Source of the DNA: a virus
Taxonomy: Duplodnaviria > Caudoviricetes
Virus record (IMG/VR): IMGVR_UViG_3300028601_000020
Reading direction: 5' to 3' (one strand)
Length of the DNA: 64,000 bases
Positions within the stretch are counted from its first letter, which is position 1, and every line of letters begins with the position of its first letter. Positions 58,624 to 64,000 of this stretch are shown here, piece after piece. The notes beneath the pieces were generated by a model. The model saw only the letters and a program-made list of their open reading frames with translations, did not search any database and had not been told where the DNA came from. The position numbers and the translations under genes were made by a program.

Positions 58624-59352
58624 ATGAAGTTGATAAGTAAATTCCATGATTATTATGATTCTGTTGCGTATTCAGACGAACCAATTTTTATCAGAAAAAT
58701 GGAAATTGTTGGCCATGCCAATGTTTCTGGTGATTTAGTTGATAAATCACTTATATTGATGGATGATTTTCATTCAATGTCATATTTTAGAAATGAAGGC
58801 ATAGGAACAATAAGTGAAAGAATTGTTTCTGATATATTGTGTTTTTGTGGAAAAATGTATCCAATTATGAAAATAGGAGATCAATATATTTGCGATCCTT
58901 ACAAACTTCAAAAATATTGTGATGAAAAGGGATATAAAATAAGTAAATATTTCTGGCCGATTAACAAACGAAATAAAAGTGATGCAATAGAACAACTAAT
59001 TACTGATATTGTAAAAACAAACAATGGAGATAATCTTGCATATAATTTGAACGTTGTCTTGAATTCTCCTATTGTTATTATTTCAAAATGCAAAAATTTG
59101 AAATATCCGACAGATCGGAGACAATATATTCAATATGAAATAAATTCTAAACTTGAATTATTGAATTTTCAGACAATCAAGACGCCTTGGCAGACATATC
59201 AAGAAATAGAAATGTTTTTGGGTACGATTTTAGTTGAAAATCAGGATAAACCTGCTATAATGAACGATGAATTAAAACGGGACTCGAAAGGGTTTAATGA
59301 ATGGTCATTCAAACAAGTTGGGCCTAAGAAAAGGAAAAGGAGAAAAAAATGA
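58624..59352 (+). CDS. conserved phage hypothetical protein
   Basis: 'MKLISKFHDYYD', 'FCGKMYP', 'YQEIEMFL', 'KGF...SF'; ATG directly after the gp46 stop. Confidence 0.75.
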   Translation: MKLISKFHDYYDSVAYSDEPIFIRKMEIVGHANVSGDLVDKSLILMDDFHSMSYFRNEGIGTISERIVSDILCFCGKMYPIMKIGDQYICDPYKLQKYCDEKGYKISKYFWPINKRNKSDAIEQLITDIVKTNNGDNLAYNLNVVLNSPIVIISKCKNLKYPTDRRQYIQYEINSKLELLNFQTIKTPWQTYQEIEMFLGTILVENQDKPAIMNDELKRDSKGFNEWSFKQVGPKKRKRRKK

Positions 59353-60014
59353 GACTGACAAAGAACACCATGCAAATTTTGCAGAATTACACGATGATCA
59401 ATCCGAGTATTTTGATTGAACCCGGAAATGTTATCAGGACTGTTGATGCTGGAAAGACTGTTATTGGTCGGGCAGAAGTTGAAGAGAATTTTCCTCAGGA
59501 ATTTGCAATTTATGATCTTCCTAATTTTCTGCAAGTTATCAAGATGTTTGACGGAGCAGATATCCAGTTTGAAGATAATCACTGTTTAATCAAGTATGAT
59601 GATTCAAACACAATTGTCCGTTATATGTTCGCTGTTCCTGAAGCGGTTGAGACAGTAAAAAAAGATATTGTTATGCCGCAGACAGAAATCAATTTTCAAT
59701 TGACCGAATCACAGTTAGCCAGTATCATTAAAGCAGCAACCACAATGTCTTTGAATCAGTTGGTTATTTCTCCGGACGAAAATGCGGTTATTCTGACTGT
59801 AACGGATATTGATAATTCGCACTCGAATAACTTCCGTATCAAGGTTCAAGCTGAACTTGAAATCACTGATTTTGATGTGGTAATTGAAATGTCCAAACTT
59901 GTGAATCTCTTTCCTGGATCGTATAACGTAGGAATTTCGTCTAAAAAACTTTCCCACTTTCTTGGTGATAATCTTCAGTATTGGGTTGCTTTGAATACAA
60001 ACAGCAAATTTTGA
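59349..60014 (+). CDS. gp45: sliding clamp gp45
   Basis: 'L.NY..INPSI...GN..RT', 'FAIYDL..FL', 'YWVAL'. Confidence 0.93.
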   Translation: MRLTKNTMQILQNYTMINPSILIEPGNVIRTVDAGKTVIGRAEVEENFPQEFAIYDLPNFLQVIKMFDGADIQFEDNHCLIKYDDSNTIVRYMFAVPEAVETVKKDIVMPQTEINFQLTESQLASIIKAATTMSLNQLVISPDENAVILTVTDIDNSHSNNFRIKVQAELEITDFDVVIEMSKLVNLFPGSYNVGISSKKLSHFLGDNLQYWVALNTNSKF

Positions 60015-60027
60015 TTAAGGAATAAAT

Positions 60028-60984
60028 ATGGCTGAATTGAACGAAGACCTTAAAAATATGCTATGGGAGGAAAAATACAGACCACAGACGGTGGACGACT
60101 GTATTCTTCCTAAAAAAACAAAGGCGTATTTCATTAAACAGCGTGATACTGGATCAGTTAATAACATGTTGCTTGCTGGCTCTCATGGAGTCGGCAAGAC
60201 GACAGTTGCACGGGCACTATGTAACGAACTGAAAGCCGATGTTCTGTTCATGAACTGTTCTAAGGATAACTCAGTTGAAGACGTTCGGACAAAGATCAAT
60301 TCATTTGCCTCTTCAATGTCTTTGACTGGAAACGCAAGAGTGTTTATTGGAGACGAGTTTGATTATGTAAGCCCGAACGGACAAGCAGCATTGCGTGGGC
60401 TTATTGAGCAGACAAGCAATTCTTGTCGGTTTATCTTCACTTGTAACTATCTTCACAAGATTATTGATCCGCTTAAATCGTCAAGGCTTGACGTTGTAGA
60501 TTTCAAAATTGCACCGAAAGACAAACCGGATTTGGCTATGCAGTTCATGAATCGTTGTATGATGATTCTTGATTCTGAAAAAATCAAATACGACAAGAAA
60601 ACTCTTGCGTTGCTTATTCAAAAAAACTATCCTGATTATAGAAAGACACTGAAGCAACTTCAGAAGTCGGCAATGATAATCGGTGAAATTAACGAAGAGA
60701 TTTTTTACCAAGAAAACGTTGAAATTACTGATTACATTAAAGCACTAAAGGCAAAAGATTACAAAACAGCCAGAAAGTGGATTGGAGAAACGTTTATTTC
60801 TCCCGAGGATTTCTTTTCTATTCTGTTTAAGAATATTACGCTAATTGTCAAAGACGATTCTCTTGCACAAGCAATTTTGACGCTTAATGATTATCAATAC
60901 AAACATGCCTTCGCAATTGATCCTGAACTCAATTTGTCTGCATTGACTGTACAGTTAATGGCTCAATGTAACATGAGGGACTGA
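60028..60984 (+). CDS. gp44: clamp loader large subunit gp44
   Basis: 'LWEEKYRPQTVDDCILP', 'GSHGVGKTT', 'DEFD', 'CRFIFTCNY'. Confidence 0.95.
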   Translation: MAELNEDLKNMLWEEKYRPQTVDDCILPKKTKAYFIKQRDTGSVNNMLLAGSHGVGKTTVARALCNELKADVLFMNCSKDNSVEDVRTKINSFASSMSLTGNARVFIGDEFDYVSPNGQAALRGLIEQTSNSCRFIFTCNYLHKIIDPLKSSRLDVVDFKIAPKDKPDLAMQFMNRCMMILDSEKIKYDKKTLALLIQKNYPDYRKTLKQLQKSAMIIGEINEEIFYQENVEITDYIKALKAKDYKTARKWIGETFISPEDFFSILFKNITLIVKDDSLAQAILTLNDYQYKHAFAIDPELNLSALTVQLMAQCNMRD

Positions 60985-60985
60985 T

Positions 60986-61246
60986 ATGGAAAAAGCGAAA
61001 AGATTTTGCGCTGTTCTTTCGGCTCTCATGGAAGGGAAAACCCTTAAAAAAAGAAATGGACAGTTATATTATATCAAATGGCAATATGGGGTTCCAATAA
61101 TATATGCGTTTATGCGTAAATCTGACCATGGTAGTATTCTTTCGTATATGGTCAGTTCATCATTAGATGAATTGTATCCTTTTCTTTCTGAGGAGAATTC
61201 TGTTATAATTGATTCTTCTATTGAAGATATAGTAAAAGATGAATAA
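60986..61246 (+). CDS. hypothetical protein inserted between gp44 and gp62
   Basis: GAGG RBS, coupled on both sides. Confidence 0.6.
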   Translation: MEKAKRFCAVLSALMEGKTLKKRNGQLYYIKWQYGVPIIYAFMRKSDHGSILSYMVSSSLDELYPFLSEENSVIIDSSIEDIVKDE

Positions 61247-61670
61247 ACAAAAGAACGATAGCAAGACGATATGGGACTATATAAATATGATTTCTTCATC
61301 AAAAGAATTTCCTGATTTTAATGAAGAATTTAATAAAGTGTACTCTCCATTTGTTGTGAATAGATTTTTTTCATTGACAGGTGAAGCGAATATCATTATA
61401 ATTAATGAAATCAACAAAATGCCTCAAATTGGCAAAAAAGAACATTTTTTATTTCTTCATTCTGTGGTACCTAAATCAAGACGGAGAAATTCTTGGCCTA
61501 AACGAAAAAAAGACGAAAAAATTGAATTGTTGATGGAGGTGTTCCAATGTAAATATGAAAACGCAAAATCGTTTGTTGACTTAATCAAAGAAGAGGATTA
61601 TACGAAAATTGTAGCCTTGACCGACAAAGGCGGGGCTGATGTTATCAAAAAAAGAAAGAGGAAAAGTTAA
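61239..61670 (+). CDS. gp62: clamp loader small subunit gp62
   Basis: 'YSPFVVNRFFS', 'NEINK', 'DKGG'; synteny. Confidence 0.88.
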   Translation: MNKQKNDSKTIWDYINMISSSKEFPDFNEEFNKVYSPFVVNRFFSLTGEANIIIINEINKMPQIGKKEHFLFLHSVVPKSRRRNSWPKRKKDEKIELLMEVFQCKYENAKSFVDLIKEEDYTKIVALTDKGGADVIKKRKRKS

Positions 61671-61673
61671 AAC

Positions 61674-62099
61674 ATGAAGAAAATTAAAATGAGTACCGAA
61701 CAGTGGTTTGATCAGGCAATTGAAATTCTTCTTCCTGAAGACGATTCGTTTCTGATTGTCAAGGAAACGCTCACCCGAATTGGTATTGCGTCAATGAAGG
61801 AAGGTCAGAAACGCCTTGCACAGACATGCCATATTCTCCAGAAGCGTGGAAAGTTTTATATCGTTCATTTCAAGGAACTGTTGCTGCTTGACGGAAAAGA
61901 GGCGAACTTTTCTGAAGAGGATGCTATGCGCCGCAACACCATTGCTCAGATGCTTGAAGATTGGGGACTTGTAGAAGTGGTTGATATTGACAAGATTCAG
62001 GATCAGTTGAAACATTCCTCTGTCAAGGTCGTTCCGTTTAAAGAAAAAGATAAGTGGGAACTTGTTCCCAAGTACAATATTGGCGGACGCAAGAATTAA
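61674..62099 (+). CDS. regA: translational repressor RegA
   Basis: 'FLIVKETLTRIGIAS', 'CHILQKRGKFYIVHFKEL..LDGK', 'RRNTIA..L.DWGL', 'W.LVPKYNIG'. Confidence 0.96.
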   Translation: MKKIKMSTEQWFDQAIEILLPEDDSFLIVKETLTRIGIASMKEGQKRLAQTCHILQKRGKFYIVHFKELLLLDGKEANFSEEDAMRRNTIAQMLEDWGLVEVVDIDKIQDQLKHSSVKVVPFKEKDKWELVPKYNIGGRKN

Positions 62100-62124
62100 T
62101 TTTTGATTTTTGAAAGGAGAAGCA

Positions 62125-62673
62125 ATGCATATTAATATAAAAATTGTTCCTGTCGGTAATGCTGAATTCGTTGTTCCAGAAGTTCAAACCGCCGAATCCG
62201 CTTGTGCTGATGTTGCTGTTTGTCTAAATCATGTTGATAAAGTGAAAATGTACGATTCTGATAACAATGAATATTTTCAGCCAGTAGAAAATCGTGATGG
62301 GGTGATGATGTTTGTTATTCTTCGCCCTAATCATCGGGCATTGATTCCTACAGGAATGCGATTTATTATCAAGCATGGTTTTCAGTTCAAAATGATTCCT
62401 CGGAGCGGTCTTTCTCTGAAGCACGGGGTGACTCTTATTAATTCTCCAGGCACTATTGATTCTGATTACACGAATGAAACCATGATCCTTCTTCATAATA
62501 CATCAAATGTTCCGTTTATATGCTCCCATCATGAGCGTGTTGCACAACTGGAACTTCGGGAAAATACAATGCGAAATATGTTTTTCAGTAGCGGAACGGA
62601 AGAAGAAATTGAGAAACACAAAGCATCGTCAAACAGGAAAGGTGGGTTTGGTTCTACAGGACGAAAAGCCTAA
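62125..62673 (+). CDS. dut: trimeric dUTPase
   Basis: 'SACAD', 'PRSGL..K.G', 'NSPGTIDSDY', 'RVAQ', 'RKGGFGSTG'; AAGGAG RBS before ATG 62125. Confidence 0.95.
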   Translation: MHINIKIVPVGNAEFVVPEVQTAESACADVAVCLNHVDKVKMYDSDNNEYFQPVENRDGVMMFVILRPNHRALIPTGMRFIIKHGFQFKMIPRSGLSLKHGVTLINSPGTIDSDYTNETMILLHNTSNVPFICSHHERVAQLELRENTMRNMFFSSGTEEEIEKHKASSNRKGGFGSTGRKA

Positions 62674-62700
62674 ATCGTAAAACTTTTTTGTGATTTTTGA

Positions 62701-62736
62701 AAAGAGGACAGAGATTCGTTTCTGCCCTCTTTTTTT
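62701..62736 (+). terminator. intrinsic terminator after dut
   Basis: AAAGAGGACAGAGA / TTTCTGCCCTCTTT stem followed by a T tract. Confidence 0.75.
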
Positions 62737-62737
62737 A

Positions 62738-62766
62738 TTTACAAGTACGATAATTTATAGTATTGT
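62738..62766 (+). promoter_or_regulatory. sigma70-like early promoter
   Basis: TTTACA-17 nt-TATTGT followed by ATTCTTGAAAGTGAG. Confidence 0.5.
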
Positions 62767-62813
62767 ATTCTTGAAAGTGAGCGTAAACATAAAATTTTGA
62801 TGAAGGAGAAAAA

Positions 62814-63011
62814 ATGAAGCCCAAATATGACATTTCTGTGCAGTTGATTGGTGAGAACGGTAATGCATTTTATATTATCGGAAAGGTTCGCAAAGAAATG
62901 AAGCGAAACGGTGTTCCTAATAATGAAATTGATTTGTTCATAAACGAAGCAATGTCAGGAGATTACAATAACCTTCTCCGTACTTGCATGAAATATGTCA
63001 ACGTTGAATAA
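62814..63011 (+). CDS. conserved small phage hypothetical protein
   Basis: 'VQLIGENGNAF.IIG.V...M...G......F..EAMSGDYNNLL'; AAGGAG RBS. Confidence 0.8.
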   Translation: MKPKYDISVQLIGENGNAFYIIGKVRKEMKRNGVPNNEIDLFINEAMSGDYNNLLRTCMKYVNVE

Positions 63012-63021
63012 GGAGAAAAAT

Positions 63022-64000
63022 ATGGTTCATATAGTTCAAGGTATCCATGATTGTAATTTTGTCATGACAGATGGGGATCCTACAAACGCAAAATGTATTG
63101 TTTGTGGGAAATCCATTCTTGCTGATGTTGTTCTTCCGCCTCCGAAGGAAGAAAAAGAACTTCAGTTCATGAAGTATCCAAGCATTGAAAACACTTATCG
63201 TGTAAAGACAATTCAAGAGATTGAAAAGCAAGGTCTTAACAGTGGGGTTTGGGTTGCGACAAACAAACTTCATGGATCTAATTTTCAAGTATGTGCCGAT
63301 GCCGAAAAGGTGAAGTTTGCAAAGCGAACTTCATTTATTGAAGAGAATGAGAATTTTTATGGGCTGCATTCAAATCTTTCTAATATGAAAGCATTTCTCG
63401 TTGATCGTATCAAGAGAATGCAGAACTATTTTGGAGAAACCCTGAATGTTTTCTTTGAAATTTATGGTGGTAGTTATCCACATCCTGATGTAAAGAAATT
63501 TCCTGTATCAAGAATTCAAAAAGGCGTATGGTATACTCCATCTGTTGATATCAGGGTGATTGATGTTGCTGTGGATTTTGAGTTTTTGCCGTTTGATGAA
63601 ATGTCAGCAATAGTAAAACACTATAACCTCAAACCGGCAATGGAACTTCATCGTGGATCGTTCAAAGAAATGATTGATCTTGATCCTGTTTTTGAAGATC
63701 CTACTTATAAAGAATATAATCTTCCGCCACTCGAAAATAACTATTCTGAAGGGCTGGTTATTCGTCCTGTTGAAGAAAAAATGTTTGGCAACGGAAGTCG
63801 GGTTATGATCAAAAAGAAAAACCCTAAATTCTCAGAAAAACAACGATCGCCAAAAGTTCACAAACAACCATTGGTGCTTGCTGAAAACGTCAAAGAAATT
63901 TATGAAGAACTTTCACAATCAATTACTGAAAATCGGTTGAGGAATATTCTTTCACACGGAGAAGAAATCACAAACAAAGACTTTGGTAAACTTCAAGGAA
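63022..64000 (+). CDS. rnlB: RNA ligase 2 (Rnl2 family), runs off window end
   Basis: Hand translation: 'FMKYPSIEN', motif I 'KLHGSN', 'AKRT', 'FEIYGGSYPHP', 'IQKGVWY', 'SEGLVIRP', 'IKKKNPKFSE'. Confidence 0.88.
   Translation, partial: MVHIVQGIHDCNFVMTDGDPTNAKCIVCGKSILADVVLPPPKEEKELQFMKYPSIENTYRVKTIQEIEKQGLNSGVWVATNKLHGSNFQVCADAEKVKFAKRTSFIEENENFYGLHSNLSNMKAFLVDRIKRMQNYFGETLNVFFEIYGGSYPHPDVKKFPVSRIQKGVWYTPSVDIRVIDVAVDFEFLPFDEMSAIVKHYNLKPAMELHRGSFKEMIDLDPVFEDPTYKEYNLPPLENNYSEGLVIRPVEEKMFGNGSRVMIKKKNPKFSEKQRSPKVHKQPLVLAENVKEIYEELSQSITENRLRNILSHGEEITNKDFGKLQG

Noticed and set aside
85-64000. Stop-codon reassignment, or inteins/introns in core genes
   Set aside because: Core genes are full length in the standard code, TAA/TGA/TAG all act as stops, and gp17, uvsW, gp20 and gp23 are of normal size

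Overview
This is a 64 kb AT-rich segment of a large T4-like myovirus. The gene order resembles cyanophage/phiM12-type T4-likes rather than T-even phages: there is a VrlC-like giant protein and no gp9-12, wac or gp24. On the + strand, in order: baseplate (end of gp53, hub, gp5, gp25, gp6, gp7, gp8), several tail-fibre and chaperone genes, a late envelope/lysis-like cassette, neck gp13-15, terminase gp16/17, sheath gp18, tube gp19, portal and head genes gp20-67-68-21-22-23, gp3, uvsY, uvsW, gp55, gp47/46, gp45/44/62, regA, dUTPase and a partial Rnl2. T4-type late promoters (TATAAATA) precede many structural genes. Most unusual items: (1) a minus-strand island between gp15 and gp16 with a PEP-CTERM protein and a 1.47 kb ORF-free tract, made of a promoter-led, highly base-paired ~0.8 kb candidate ncRNA next to a dyad-symmetric, origin-like hairpin array; (2) a ~70 nt late-promoter sRNA candidate after gp23 with three anti-Shine-Dalgarno CUCCU motifs that match several phage RBSs; (3) a homing-endonuclease-flanked cassette between gp18 and gp19 with a LapG-like protease and a capsid-targeted zinc metallopeptidase; (4) a ferritin-like protein with a capsid-targeting-like N-terminus. 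All assignments come from motif recognition and synteny by eye; no database searches were run.
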